Shown here piece by piece: positions 1 through 12,229 of a stretch of 64,000 bases of DNA. Numbering within the stretch: the first letter of the stretch is position 1; the number at the start of each line of letters is the position of its first letter. The position numbers were made by a program, and so were the translations under genes. Source of the stretch: Phyllobates terribilis (lineage: Eukaryota). The notes under the pieces are model-generated. The model searched no databases. It was given only the letters and a program-made list of their open reading frames with translations, and had not been told where the DNA came from. Where the stretch lies: the NCBI RefSeq assembly GCF_046119375.1, contig NW_027362765.1, forward strand, positions 140,926,001 to 140,990,000. Direction: 5' to 3'.

Positions 1-875
1 GCAAAGTTATAAGGAGCTCACAGTGCAGGCGCCATCATTGCAATGAACACAGGCATTGACGGCGCCTTTGCAGTAACATAGTAACGTAGGTTGAATAAAG
101 ACCTAGGTCCATCAAGTTCAACTTTTCTCCCCCAATTGTACTCCCCATACCAACACTACACCAACTTACTGGAACTAGGCCTCACAAATGAATTACCATT
201 CAATTAACCCACAATGTTATGTGTATAGAGGAAATCATCCAGCTCTTTTTTGAAAGCTGTTATCGTGTCTGCCATCACTACCTCTTGTGGTCGGCATTCC
301 ACAGCCTGACTGCTCTGACTGTAAAGAACCCTTTCCTGTTTAGGTGCCGGAATCGCCTTTCTTCCACCCGTCATACGTGGTCCCTGGTCCTTAGTATGGT
401 CTTTGGAAGGAATAAGTCATGTGCTAGTCCTTTGTACTGACCCCACATATATTTATACATGTAAATGAGATCCCTTCTGAGGCGTTGTTTTTCTAAGCTA
501 AACAAGCTCAACGTTTTCAAACTCTCATCATATTAGAGGCCTTCCATTCCTTGTAATAATCTAGTTGGCCGCCTTTGAACTGACTCTAACTTTTGAATAT
601 CCTTTATAAAATGTGGAGCCCAAAATTGGATTCCATATTCTCGATGTTGCCTCACCAGTGATTTATAAAGGGGTAACAATTTGTTGGGATCACAAGATTT
701 TATTTCTCTTTTTATACACCCTAAAATTGTTTGCTTTTGTGGCTGCTCCTGACATTGAGTACTGCTGCTCAGCTCACTTGTAACCAGAATACCCAAGTCC
801 TTCTCCTGTTCTGTAATCCCGAGTAAACTCCCATTTAATGTATATGCAATAGGATTACTCCATCCTAGGTGCATT

Positions 876-1891
876 TGTGGCGCCCCTGCTGCACATTGGT
901 GCCACAAAACCCAGAAGGGTGCATGGACGGACTTCTCCACAAGAGGCCCTCACTACATTCATACACCTCCACCTTCCACCTCAGACCAGCAGAGGGAGCC
1001 TGTTAGGGATATACAAAGGGAAGGTGGAGCCAGGCAGCTCAGTGAAGTCTAAAGTGATTCAGTCTGTGAGTGTCCAGACAGGAACACAGCTTTGAGTGAG
1101 CTGAGAGCGTGCCGACGCTCAGAGAGCGGTGAAGACGCAGCACGCTAGCTGCCAAGTAGTAAGGGCCCCGAGAGTGGTCGACAGCGAGGAGAAAGAGAGA
1201 GTGGAACTTAGGGGGCAGAGGAGCATAGTAGCTCACCCCGATTTATATACCGGACACTGGGTCCGTGCCTACAGGGACTCTCTACACCCAGTAGGAACCA
1301 CCGGAACCCCTGGAGAACTCCTGGTCCCAGATCCACCTAATGCTGATTGTAATACCAGAGCCAGGAGTCACAGAGGTCCCAGCGTCCAGGGAGAGTGATC
1401 TCCAAAGAGAAGGCCCTACCCCCAGGTCAGCAGATGCAGAGAGAGACAGTAACCAAGCTAGGTCTAGCTCCAGGCAGGTCAGAAGCTGAGAGAGTGAAGC
1501 AATGGATCAGGAGGCCCTATACCCGCTCACTGGGGAGAGTCCAGAAGCTTACCCCTGTGTGAGTGTCCATCCTTCCTCCGGGACCGACCTGCCGTCTCTC
1601 CCCTGCACCACCATCCAGTACATCCCCTACACTGCCCTGAGGCCTGCTCCACCTGTGGGGAGCTGTCCCATCATTTGCTGCCCTAACATCTGCCTCAGAG
1701 GTCTGTTGCAGCGCTGGTGATCCTCACCAGACACCACAGGTGGCGTCACAAAGAATCCCAAAAATCCCCAAATAAAAGTATTCCCCCATTTCACTGACCG
1801 CCCTGGGTCACAGACCGGGCCAGCCACCGTGATATCCCCCGGCAACCAGAGGCCCGGCTGCCGGGTACCCCACGGCCCTGGGGGGGCGTCA
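876..1891. mobile_element. Solo LTR (Gypsy/ERV-like) inserted in CR1
   Basis: Termini TGTGGCGCCC...GGGCGTCA(CA). Apparent 4-bp TSD CATT at 872-875 and 1892-1895, overlapping the terminal CA. CR1 sequence resumes on both sides when compared with the uninterrupted CR1 at about 19640. Confidence 0.7.
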
Positions 1892-1999
1892 CATTTCTCT
1901 ACATCTCCCAAGTGTTTGCCCATTCAGTCATCTTATCCAGATCGTTCTGCATTATCGTAATGTCAAGATCAGATTTTAATATCCTACATAGTTTGGTAT

Positions 2000-3211
2000 T
2001 GTCTCGCCCAGGGGGATATAGGGGAAACTCGGCACCCGGGCCTCTACCTTCTGTGGGATGTCACGGCAGTCGGTTCCCGGGCCCGTACCCTGGGGTCACT
2101 CTTTAAAAGGGGGGTTTTAGTGTACAGTTTGTCTTGTGACGCCACCTGTGGTTTCCGGTAATGGTTACCGGCGCTGCTGCAGACCTCCGGGGGTGATGGG
2201 ATGGCAGCTGGGATGTTTCTGCTCCCCACAGGTGAAGCGAGCCCCCAGGGCAGGGTTTATGGATGGGATGCAGGTGAGAGATGGCGCAGCGGCAATAACC
2301 GACAGAGACAGTGGAGTGCAGTCATCCGATTTTACTCACAGTTCTCTCTAGATTCCTCAGTACACTGTACAGGTTACCTTTTCCCACGTCGCGCTGCATT
2401 CACCAAGCAGGGGTTAAGAAGTCCCTCCGGCAATTCAAGAGTACTTGGCGGGACCCCCTTTCTATATGTTCCTTTCTTCAGCTGACTTTCCGCGCTGGGT
2501 CTCTCCCTCCTGCCCTGCGCCTCACAAACTGAGCCCCAAGATGGCGTCCTCAGATCCTTCAGGGACACCTGGAGTTCCCTGGTCCTACTCGGCTACCTTT
2601 CTTGGCTGCTAGAATGCTAGTATGGCAACTGCACCATAAAAGTCAGAAGCCTCTGGTTTCCTAGCCGAGGCTTGAAGCGACACGACTAGTCCAGGGACCG
2701 GTTCCCTTCTTGCAGCCTGGTCCCTCTGACACTTGACAGATTAGGGCATACGGGTGGCTTCCTGCTCCTTCCGTACCCCTGGGACCCCTTCAGTTACCGG
2801 AGCCTTCCTCCTCTTCTCTCCTCCGCTGGGCCTCATTTACTAGGCCCACTCTGGAGCAGAGCTCCTGTAGAGCACCTGTACCTCTCCTTCTTGCTTGCTT
2901 TCTCTTTCTCACTCCTTTACACTCCCTCTAACTAAGATGGATCCCCTATTTATACTCCTAACAAATGCTCCCCTAAACTCCTTCCTCCACCCACACCCAC
3001 TACTTGGTTCCCCCTCACTCTGGTTCCCCCCACTCCAGCCAGGGACAGGGCTCAGCAGAACACAGCGCATCTTGCCCTTCCAGCCGGCCTGGAGCAGTGT
3101 AGTGTTGGATGCAGGTGTTGGGGTCCCGGGCTGTACTCCTTTCCTTACCAGAGAGTGAGGCACCACCAGTTGTAGTACCCCTGTGGCGACTGAACCCTCA
3201 CGGGCGCCACA
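2000..3211. mobile_element. Solo LTR, same family as 876-1891 but opposite orientation, inserted in CR1
   Basis: Termini TGTCTCGCCC...GGGCGCCACA with flanks GTAT/GCAT (imperfect 4-bp TSD). The internal motif TGTGACGCCACCTGTGGT is shared with 1733-1750 (reverse complement) and about 20501. Confidence 0.7.
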
Positions 3212-3559
3212 GCATCATCAGCAAAAACTGACACTTTACTCACAATCCCATCCCCCAGGTCATTAATAAAGAGGTTAAAGAGAATTAGTCCTAGCACAGA
3301 TCCATGTGGCACCCCACTGCTGACTATGTCCCATTTAGAGAATGTACCATTTATAATGACCCTTTGTTTCCTATCATTTAGCCAATTCCTTACCCATCTA
3401 CATATAGTTCCCCCAAGTCCTTGCTTCTGTAGCTTCAATATAAGGCTGCTATGTGGTACAGTATCAAATTCCTTTGCAAAGCCTGTACAAGTCATCAGGA
3501 GCTCACTATGCACTGGAACTAAAGGGTCTTGGGTAATCCCTGAAAAACATCACATAGCA

Positions 3560-3700
3560 TTAGCCCTCTTCCACCAAACTTTACAGTTGGCACAATGCAG
3601 TCAGGCAGGTAACGTTCTACTGGCATAAACCAAACCCAGACTCATCCATCAGATGCCAGATAGAGAAATGTGATTTGTTACTGCACAGAACATGTTTTCT
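3560..3700 (-). mobile_element. Short Tc1 transposase remnant
   Basis: Resembles the reverse complement of the LWSDES...VW region typical of Tc1 elements; heavily decayed. Confidence 0.4.
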
Positions 3701-3892
3701 CTGCTTTTAGCAATTCTGGCCAGCCAAAAAGAGTTGTATAGGGGATGCATCAGTAAGTCTAAAGACTCCTACTCAACCGGATGGACAGTGCGCATGCACA
3801 GCTAAAACAGTATGTAATAGTACTCACTATTGTGCTGGAAGCCTAGTGGAACAAAGAGGAATAAGGAAATACTCTGAATTTTCTGTTTCCCT

Positions 3893-4440
3893 TTAAAGAA
3901 AATCTGTCAGCACAAGTTTGCAATTTAAAGTAAAGTAAATGGCTTTAATGGCGCTGTATACAGATTAAATTGATACCTTTGGTGAAGAAATCCACATTCT
4001 GGTTCTTCTGTAATCACCATTTTAAGTTTTCTGTCAATTAGACATTGGTGCACAGGGGCCGGACTGTGCACTGGGTCTTCTCTTCCCTGTCTGTGATTCC
4101 CCAGCCCCTCCGCTTGCCTCCGGTCTGTGATTCCCTGCCCCTCCACCTGCCTCCGGTCTGTGAATGACCTGCCTCCTCTTTTTGACATTTCAGCAGTGAC
4201 CTGTCATTCAAAGACCAGAGGCAGGCGGAGGGGCCGGGTAATCACAGAAAGGGAGGAGAAGACCCAGTGCACTGTCCAGCCCCAGTGCACCGAAATCTAA
4301 TTAGCAGAAAACTTCAAATGGTGATTAAAAAAGAACATCAAAGCCAATTTCTTCACCAAAGGTACGAATGTAATCAGTATTACAGTGCCATTACAGCTAT
4401 GTCCTTACATTACAAAATCGTGCTGACAAGTTCTCTTTAA
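3893..4440. mobile_element. TTAA-flanked (T2/Kolobok-type) MITE
   Basis: TTAA at 3893-3896 and 4437-4440. TIR AGAAAATCTGTCAGCAC / GTGCTGACAAGTTCTCT, with long internal imperfect inverted arms. Confidence 0.7.
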
Positions 4441-4583
4441 AGGGGATGGTCCACTACTAGGACAACCCGTTCTTGATCTAAATGTAATCTAAATATCTTA
4501 TCTAAGTATAAGCTTTTTTATTTTATTGGGGCCAAGCGTGGGGCATGAAAAGGAGTTGTCCAAGTAGTGGACAACTTCTTTAA
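4437..4583. mobile_element. Short TTAA-flanked MITE sharing its TTAA with the previous element
   Basis: AGGGGATGGTCCACTACT ... AAGTAGTGGACAACTTCT followed by TTAA at 4580-4583. Confidence 0.6.
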
Positions 4584-4655
4584 CACAGCTATAGATTATA
4601 ACAATCTGTCTGTCTGCAGCCACCACTACGGGGAGCTCATGTAGTGAGCAGTATA

Positions 4656-6221
4656 CACTGTGTGCAGAATTATTAGGCAAGTTGTATTTTAGAGCTTTAT
4701 TTTTATTATTGATCAACAACTATGTTCTCAATCAACCGAAAAGACTCATAAATATCCAAGCTTAATATTTTTGGAAGTTGGAGTGGGTTTTTTTTAGATT
4801 TGGCTATCTTAGGAGGATATCTGTTTGTGCAGGTAACTATTACTGTGCAGAATTATTAGGCAACTTAATAAAAACCAAATATAATCCCATCTCACTTGTT
4901 TATTTTCACCAGGTAAACCAATATCAGTGCACAAAATTTAGAAATAAACATTTCTGACATGCAAAAACAAAAACCCCAAAAAAATAGTGATCAATATAGC
5001 CAACTTTCTTTATGATGACACTCAACAGCCTTCCATCCATAGAATCTGTCAGTTGCTTGATCTGTTTTCGATCAACATTGCATGCAGCAGTCACCACAGC
5101 CTCCCAGACACTGTTCCGAGAGGTGTACTGTTTTCCCTCCCTGTAGATCTCACATTTTATGATGGACCACAGGTTCTCTATGGGGTTCAGATCAGGTGAA
5201 CAAGGGCGCCATGTCATTATTTTTTCTTCTTTTAGACCCTTTACTGACCAGCCACGCTGTGGAGTAGTTGGATGCATGTGATGGAGCATTGTCCTACATG
5301 AAAAACATGTTTTTCTTGAACGATACCGACTTCTTCCTGTACCACTGCTTGAAGAAGTTGTCTTCCAGAAACTGGCAGTAGGTCTGGGAGTTGAGCTTCA
5401 CTCCATCCTCAACCCGATAAGGTCCCACAAGTTCATCTTTGATGATACCAGCCCATACCAGTACCCCACCTCCACTTTGCTGGCGTCTGAGTCGGAGTGG
5501 AGCTCTCTGCCCTTTATTGATCCAGCCTCTAGCCCATCCATCTTGCCAAATCAAGAGTCACACTCATTTCATCAGTCCATAAAACCTTTGAAAAATCAGT
5601 CTTAAGATATTTCTTGACCCATTCTTGACGTTTTATCTTATGTTTCTTGTTCAAAGGTGGTCGTTTTTCAGCCTTCCTTACCTTGGCCATGTCCCTGAGT
5701 ATCGCACACCTTGTGCTTTTTGATACTCCAGTAACGTTGCAGCTCTGAAATATGGCAAAACTGGTGGCGAATGGCATCTTGGCAGCTTCATGCTTGATTT
5801 TCCTCAATTCATGGGCAGTTATTTTGCGCCTTTTTTGGCCAACACGCTTGTTGCGACCCTGTTGGCTATTTGCCATGAAACACTTGATTGTTCGGTGACC
5901 ACGCTTCAAAAGTTTGGAAATTTCAAGACTGCTGCATCCCTCTGCAAGACATCTCACAATTTTGGACTTTTCAGAGCCCCTCAAATCTCTCTTCTGACCC
6001 ATTTTGCCAAAGGAAAGGAAGTTGCTTAATAATTAAGCACACCTTATATAGAGTGTTGATGTCATTAGTCAACACCCCTCCTCATTACAGAGATGCACAT
6101 CACCAGATTTACTTAATTGGTAGTTGGCTCTCAAGCCTATGCAGCTAGGAGCTGGACAACATGTATAAAAAGTATCAAAGTGATCAAAATACGCATTTGC
6201 CTAATAATTCTGCACGAGGTG
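4656..6221 (-). mobile_element. Tc1/mariner DD34E transposon, full length, frameshifted transposase
   Basis: TIRs CACTGTGTGCAGAATTATTAGGCAA / TTGCCTAATAATTCTGCACGAGGTG with TA TSDs. Minus ORFs 5529-6002 (HTH, LWTDE), 5294-5554 (GGGVLVWAGI) and 4924-5289 (SPDLNPIENLW). Confidence 0.95.
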
Positions 6222-6411
6222 TATAGTATCCGTACCTTGGGGTGGTAACAGGCAGAAAGAAGTTTATCATTTTACTATATGATCGGAATCAGAGGATCCA
6301 TTAAAAAAGTAAGCTCTGTTTCACACATAGATACAGAATTTAGGGGAATGGTTATGAGGTCCTCTAAAGTTCTATATGAGCCACATGAACACCTCAACCT
6401 GTGGCCCTTAC

Positions 6412-6519
6412 CTTTTTTGAAGACACAAATTTCAAGTTGAGAAAATATCTTTACCAGCACTGATGACGTCCTCTACTGCTACTGGTGCAAATCCACACCA
6501 CTACTTCTTGATAAAAGTC
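6412..6519 (-). CDS. Candidate stop-containing exon of an unidentified minus-strand gene (DFYQEVVVWICTSSSRGRHQCW*)
   Basis: tttttgctag|GAC acceptor and AAG|gtaagg donor; 108 nt. The phase-0 frame has TAA 39 nt before the donor. All three frames contain stops. Confidence 0.25.
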
Positions 6520-7814
6520 CTAGCAAAAATGTACATACAGTATGAAGTTCTATTCACCGCCATGTCACATATTGACATGGGTGAAACAAGTGTGGCAATC
6601 AGGGCTGAGTACTAGGTGGGTGCCAACAAGTTGCTTTGCCTAGGTGGGGTCTTAATATTCTGGGATAGGGCAGTGAACCAAATCTTTGCCTGGGGTGAAA
6701 GAACAACTAGCTACAGCTCTGCATCTAGCAGGTGCCCTCGTGTCCTTGAAAGGTCCCCCTTCCAATAAAAAGACACCAGTACCATAAATGTCACTTGATA
6801 ATCAGTGGGGTATGCTATACATTTTGTACTAGGGTTGAAGGACTTAAAGTTAACCATTCGTAATCTATGCAACGCTATGAACTTACCCTCTTTCACTCAT
6901 TTTAGTTGAATATCCAGCTTTTCATAGACTGATTAATATACACAAATTTATTTATGCAGGAGAAGTTTATAATTACCAGTCTGCCCTCCTCCCCCGTACA
7001 AAATACAGCGAAATAGCCACAAACAATATTTAACCTAAACTATCACAAGACCATAAAGTTAATTTTAAACTAAAATGTTCTTACATTTTATGCTTTTACT
7101 GGTGTACATCATGTTAGTATGTCTGGTGTGTGATATCAGTTTCTCACCGCTTTATGTATCTCTGCTGACAGACAGTGAATAGCAACATTCTTGTTTTCAT
7201 CCTTTACAGACTTGATACACTATCTCACAGCCGTGACAGGTACAGTATTAGAGCTAGAAATAAGCAAAATTATTAGAGAGGAATTGAATTCTACTCTAAT
7301 TTTACAAAAAAATTGTATTGTCCAGAATACAGAGTTATTTTTTGCAAATTGCTCTGGGCGAATTCAACAAAATATTGGCGAGTTGCAAACTCCATTTTGT
7401 TGAACCGTAAAAGGCTGGCAAAAGTTAAAAAAATATTTAGTGGTACTGACTTCACTGCTCACCTGTCCCACTGCCCCCGCAGTATAGTATCCGGTCCTTC
7501 TTGCCTCTTCTTTTCACCTTCGCCCATATACTTCGCATATAGTCTTCGGCCTGCTTCACTCTGGGCCTCAACTTCTGGCGCTGACTAGGTCAGTGATATC
7601 ACTGCATGCCGTGTCATTGCGCCGCATGTCGCATATCCACAGCCTTACAATTTGCGTCGCCAAGGCCTAGTCAATGTCTCTGCGGACGCATGTCATGATG
7701 TCACGTCATGCGCCGAGATGACATGGCGCACAGTGACGTCAGAGGCCCAGTCGGAAGTTGGATAAAGAACACAGAGAGAACAAACCGAGATGTGGTCATA
7801 TTAATATTTAAAAA

Positions 7815-8500
7815 TGACATTTTATTAGACAATAAATATTGCCAGCAATGGACATACAAAGGAATTGCAGGGGACGAATATCATGAAAAGTAGTATATAA
7901 AAAAATTCTTGGATAGTGCAAGAGTAACAAATTGCATAAAAGAGAATATCTAAATATATTGTCAAGATATGGCTATATAAGATAATTATCATACACATAT
8001 GGCCAGATTAATATCAAAGTGTAAATGCAAATAGGCAAGACAGTATATTGATTTCCATCTGGGGTAGATAATTACAAAATTAACAACAAAATCTCATATA
8101 GTTATTCCAACTGGTTGTCAAAAAGTGCAAGTGCAGATATACTGTAAAAAGCAAAACACTAACTCATGTTTAAGGATTATAATTGACAATAAATTACATG
8201 ATCCCATATAGTTAAATTCAAGAGGTATAATATTGTGTCCACATAAGATTGCAATATGTATACTAAAGTGCAGGTGCTAACAAAAAAATAGTAAAATACT
8301 ATGTCCAAGAATAATCTCTTTGTAGGGAGGCAACTTGCAAAAGTATAAGGAAGATTGCAAGTATGGTTAGTTACACAATATATGCCAAATAGGTTAAAGT
8401 GAAATAGGATATATACCTAAGCTTGTGGCATAGGTGACTTGCTACATCCATGGTATGCGCCCAACCCGGTGCGTGTTTCGGCATGCCTTCATCAAAGGGT
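7815..8500 (-). mobile_element. AT-rich Penelope/retrozyme-like remnant with a degenerate hammerhead at its 5' end
   Basis: Hammerhead-like core at 8464-8500, then about 640 nt of AT-rich sequence ending in a minus-strand AATAAA (7826-7821). Same layout as 14045-14850. Confidence 0.4.
8464..8500 (-). ncRNA. Degenerate minimal type-I hammerhead ribozyme motif
   Basis: Minus strand reads ACCCT-TTGATGA-A-GGC-AT-GCC-GAAAC-ACGC-ACC-GGGT. The core has C3>U and the cleavage triplet has decayed from GUC to ACC. Confidence 0.4.
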
Positions 8501-8848
8501 GGAACAGGCTGGTGAGAATGCATGGTAGGAGGGAAGGCGAAAGGAAGAGGTGCAGAGGACCGGAAGGCAGGCCACAGGGGTGGTGGGACAAGTGAGCGAT
8601 AAGATATTAATTATTTTTTTACATCTTAAGTTTATTATGCTCTGGGATCTAGAGGCCCCAGAGCATAATGAAAGGCATTCAATTTGCAAATTAAATTTTC
8701 TTGATTAATTTGCGTGATTTGCCAAATTTGAATCTTTGCAGTTTCAATCATCTCTAATTAGAACAGGTAAAATGTATCATCCTGGAGTTTACACTGTTTA
8801 GCTCACAGAGGATAATCCATACTGATTGCAGTTGTACCAAACCCTCAC

Positions 8849-8936
8849 TTGTAGCCAGGGTAATAACATACAGGGCCAGGTCAGCAAACTAAAGCTTTGT
8901 TCCAGGCAATAAAAAGCTATGTTTTTGGTCATCAAA
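8849..8936 (-). CDS. Candidate internal exon of unidentified minus-strand gene (LMTKNIAFYCLEQSFSLLTWPCMLLPWLQ)
   Basis: tgtctttag|T acceptor and CAA|gtgagg donor. 88 nt, phase 2 to 0, open, and phase-compatible with the exon at 13608-13863. Confidence 0.35.
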
Positions 8937-9269
8937 CTAAGACACTCACAATCAAGCATGCTAAGGTATATGCGAACACTGAATATATGAATTATGAACT
9001 GCATTCTTACTACTGTATGTAGGCTATACTTATAAATTTTAGTTACTTAGAGCACATTTTGATCAAATTGTGTGAGCCCATTTGCTAGCAACAAGTCGAC
9101 CACTTGAGATAGAAACCTGCACTAACAGAACTACTAATCGTGGACTTAAGCCTACAATTTTAAAGGCTAGGTAGGATCTAATTTTAATTAAAAACAATAT
9201 TGGACTGATGGGTGGAATGCTCAACACTTTAAATTTGTAGTCTTAGGCTCAGGAGAAGTAAATCTATTA

Positions 9270-9660
9270 GCAGGGCCGGCGTCAGCGCCCGGCGCACCCG
9301 GGCAAGTGCCGGGGCCTTGAGCAGGCGGGGGGGCCCACTGACCTTCGCGAAACCTGGCACGCTATGGGACCCGTGAGCGGTGCGGTGCCGGTGTCAGCGC
9401 CCTTTCCCCCCCCCGCTTGCTCAGGGCCCCGGCACAATACTTACCCCTCCCCGTGCCTTCGCAGCAGCTCCGGTCTCTTCTCCGGCTGCTGCACTGTGAC
9501 GTCTCAGGTCAGAGGGCGCAGTGACGTCTTTCCACCGCGCCTTCTTCTGAGCTGTCACAGCGCAAAGAGGGAAGACGCCGGCGCGGGTCAGGGGTCCGGA
9601 GCAGCGGCAGAAGGTGAGAAGTGAGGTGAGTATTTGATTTTTTTTTTATATATATATGTA
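9270..9660. mobile_element. GC-rich hAT-like non-autonomous element end
   Basis: Begins CAGGGCCGGCGTCAGC. The GC-rich body runs into a minisatellite and the right end is truncated by a Tc1. Confidence 0.45.
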
Positions 9661-9942
9661 TGAAGGCATGGGGCATTATATGGTGGGGGGGGGGAGTGAC
9701 ATCCTGCATGGGGCATTGTATAGGGGGAACAATTGAAATCCTGCATGGGGCATTATATGGGGGGGAACAAGTGACATCCTGCATGGAGCATTATATAGAG
9801 GGGACAAGTGATATCCTGCATGGGGCATTATATGGGGGGGGTAGTGATATCCTGCAGCATTATATGGGGGGGAGAGGTGACATCCTGCATAGGGCATTAT
9901 ATGGGGGAGAGGTGACATCCTGCATGGGGCATTATAAGGGGA
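9660..9942. repeat. About 31-bp minisatellite (gtgacatcctgcatggggcattatatgggggg..), roughly 8-9 copies
   Basis: Visible tandem units; explains ORFs 9509-9784, 9660-9947 and 9676-10029. Confidence 0.9.
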
Positions 9943-11479
9943 TCTGAAGGAATGAAATATTCTCATTGAATACTTTGTTCTGTACAAAGTTGAATGTGCT
10001 GACAACAAAATCAACACAAAAATCATCAATGGAAATCAAATTTATTAACCAATGGAGGCCTGGATTTGAAGTCACCCCCAAAATTAAAGTGGAAAAACAC
10101 ACTACAGGGTGATCCAACTTTGATGTAATATCCTTAAAACAAGTCAAAATGAGTGTGTGGCCTCCATGTGCCTGTATGACCTCCCTACAACGCCTGGGCA
10201 TGCTCCTGATGAGGTTGCGGATGGTCTCCTGTGGGATCTCCTCCCAGACCTGGACTAAAGCATTCGCCAACTCCTGGACAGTCTACGGTGCAGCGTGATG
10301 GATGTGGTGCAACATTGGTGGATGGAGCGAGACATGATGTTCCAGATGTGCTCAATTGGATTCAGGTCTGGGGAACGGACGGGCCAGTCCATAGCTTCAA
10401 TGCCTTCATCTTGCAGGACCTGCTGACACACTCCAGCCACATGAGGTCTGGCATTGTCCTGCATTAGGAGGAACCCAGGGCCAACCGCACCAGCATATGG
10501 TCTCACAAGGGGTCTGAGGATCTCATCTCGGTACCTAATGGCAGTCAGGCTACCTCTGGCGAGCACATAGAGGGCTGTGCGGCCCTCCAATAAAATGCCA
10601 CCCCACACCATTACTGACCCACTGCCAAACCGGTCATGCTGAAGGATGTTGCAGGTAGCAGATCGCTCTCCACGGCGTCGCCAGACTCAGTCACGTCTGT
10701 CACGTGCTCAGTGTGAACCTGCTTCAATCTGTGAAGAGCACAGGGCGCCAGTGGCGACTTTGCCAATCCCGGTGTTCTGTGGCAAATGCCAAGCGTCCTG
10801 CCCGGTGTTGGACTGTGAGCACAACCCCCATCTGTGGACGTTGGGCCCTCATACCACCCTCATGGAGTTGGTTTCTAACCGTTTGTGCAGACACATGCAC
10901 ATTTGTGGCCTGCTGGAGGTCATTTTGCAAGGCTCTAGCAGTGCTCCTCCTGTTCCTCCTTGCACAAAGGCGGAGGTAGCGGTCCTGTTGCTGGGTTGTT
11001 GCCCTCCTACTGCCTCCTCCACGTCTCCTGGTGTACTGGCCTGTCTCCTGGTAGCACCTCCAGCCTGTAGACACTACGCTGACAGACACAGCAAACCTTC
11101 TTGCCAAAGCTCACATTGATGTGCCATCCTGGATGAGCTGCACTACCTGAGCAACTTCTGTGGGTCGTAGAGTCCGTCTCATGCTACCACGAGTGTGAAA
11201 GCACAACCAACATTCAAAAGTGACCAAAACATAAGCCAAAAAGCATTGGTACTGAGATGTGGTCTGTGGTCCCCACCTGCAGAACCACTCCTTTATTGAG
11301 GGTGTCTTGATAATTGCCAATCATTTCCATCTATTGTCTATTCCATTTGCACAACAGCATGTGAAATTGATTGTCAATCAGTGTTGCTTCCTAAGTGGAC
11401 AGTGTGATTTCACAGAAGTTTGATTTACTTGGAGTTATATTCTGTTGTTTAAGTGTTCCCTTTATTTTTTTGAGCATTG
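9943..11479 (-). mobile_element. Tc1 DD34E transposon (CACTGCTCAAAAAA family), left end truncated
   Basis: Minus ORFs 11111-11320, 10724-11107, 10255-10611 (MQDNARPH..SPDLNPIEHIW) and 9932-10270. Right TIR GTGTTCCCTTTATTTTTTTGAGCATTG followed by TA. Confidence 0.92.
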
Positions 11480-12229
11480 TATTTCATTTTGATTTTGATA
11501 AGAGGTGCTTGTTAATTTTGTTTATTGCAAGGCAAAGAAGTAGCTATCCTAGAAAAAGTGGTAGTCGTCTACCCATTTAGTTCATGGAAATTATTACTAA
11601 TAAGGTCCAATATTTTATCATTATGCCATGAATTGCTTAATACTTTGAGCAGATACAGGGCATGGAAAAGGAGAATGATAAGCCAATAACCAATTTTGTT
11701 GGTGTCCTCAAATACTTCAATCATAACAAATTTTATGTGACTGTCTCAGATTCAAGGCTGTTCAATTGCAAGAGAAATCATTTTCCCCGTCCCGATAAGT
11801 CCTAACAAGTCATATGAGCCAAAGACTTAATGGGATTTGGGAAACTGCAATATTTATTCCACTTCTGCTTTAGATTAAACAGAGTCAGTGCTGTCAGCCG
11901 GTGCCAAGGTTACTCAGATAGAAGGATAGAGAGGAAGGTGTTCTATACTGTGTTCCATGGCTTCTACTGACAAAGTGTACTTTGTATATTGAAGTATATG
12001 GCTGGCACTTTGTATGATGGGACATATGGTAGGGATTTTATATGGCCAAGCAATATACTGGAAAGAGTGTGTCTATGCTATTTTTGATATTTACTATTTA
12101 TGATTGCACTGCAAGTGAGAGTACATGCTTTAGCACTATATATTGGGGAACATATGCCTGCACTGTATATAGGAAGGCATGTGGTTATACTGTATATAGG
12201 AGGGTATGTGTTTACACTGCATTTAGGAA

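Larger units (their letters stand above)
74..3500 (-). mobile_element. CR1 LINE 3' fragment (RT C-terminus and 3' UTR), interrupted by two LTR insertions
   Basis: Minus ORFs 533-940 (EQEKDLGILVTSELS...LYKSLVR..EYGIQFWAPH) and 3145-3513 (FAKEFDTVPH...GVPHGSVLGLILFNLFINDL...FADD) are CR1 RT motifs. The GTTACTAT-type tail lies at about 74-90. Confidence 0.9.

Noticed and set aside
74-215. Near-identical sequence at 74-215 and 18548-18660 suggesting a local segmental duplication
   Set aside because: The shared part is the CR1 3' UTR and tail. Copy 1 simply lacks about 330 bp present in copy 2, and identity does not extend beyond the element.
6887-6928. 42-nt minus exon-like block with a strong G|gtaagt donor
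   Set aside because: All three frames contain stops and no open frame fits the neighbouring candidate exons. It could only be non-coding.
7210-7239. 30-nt + strand micro-exon candidate (cctttacag|...CAG|gtacag)
   Set aside because: There is no partner exon or homology, and such signals arise by chance.
11660-11805. Short + ORF MEKENDKPITNFVGVLKYFNHNKF...
   Set aside because: Under 50 aa, with no splice or promoter support and no recognisable family.
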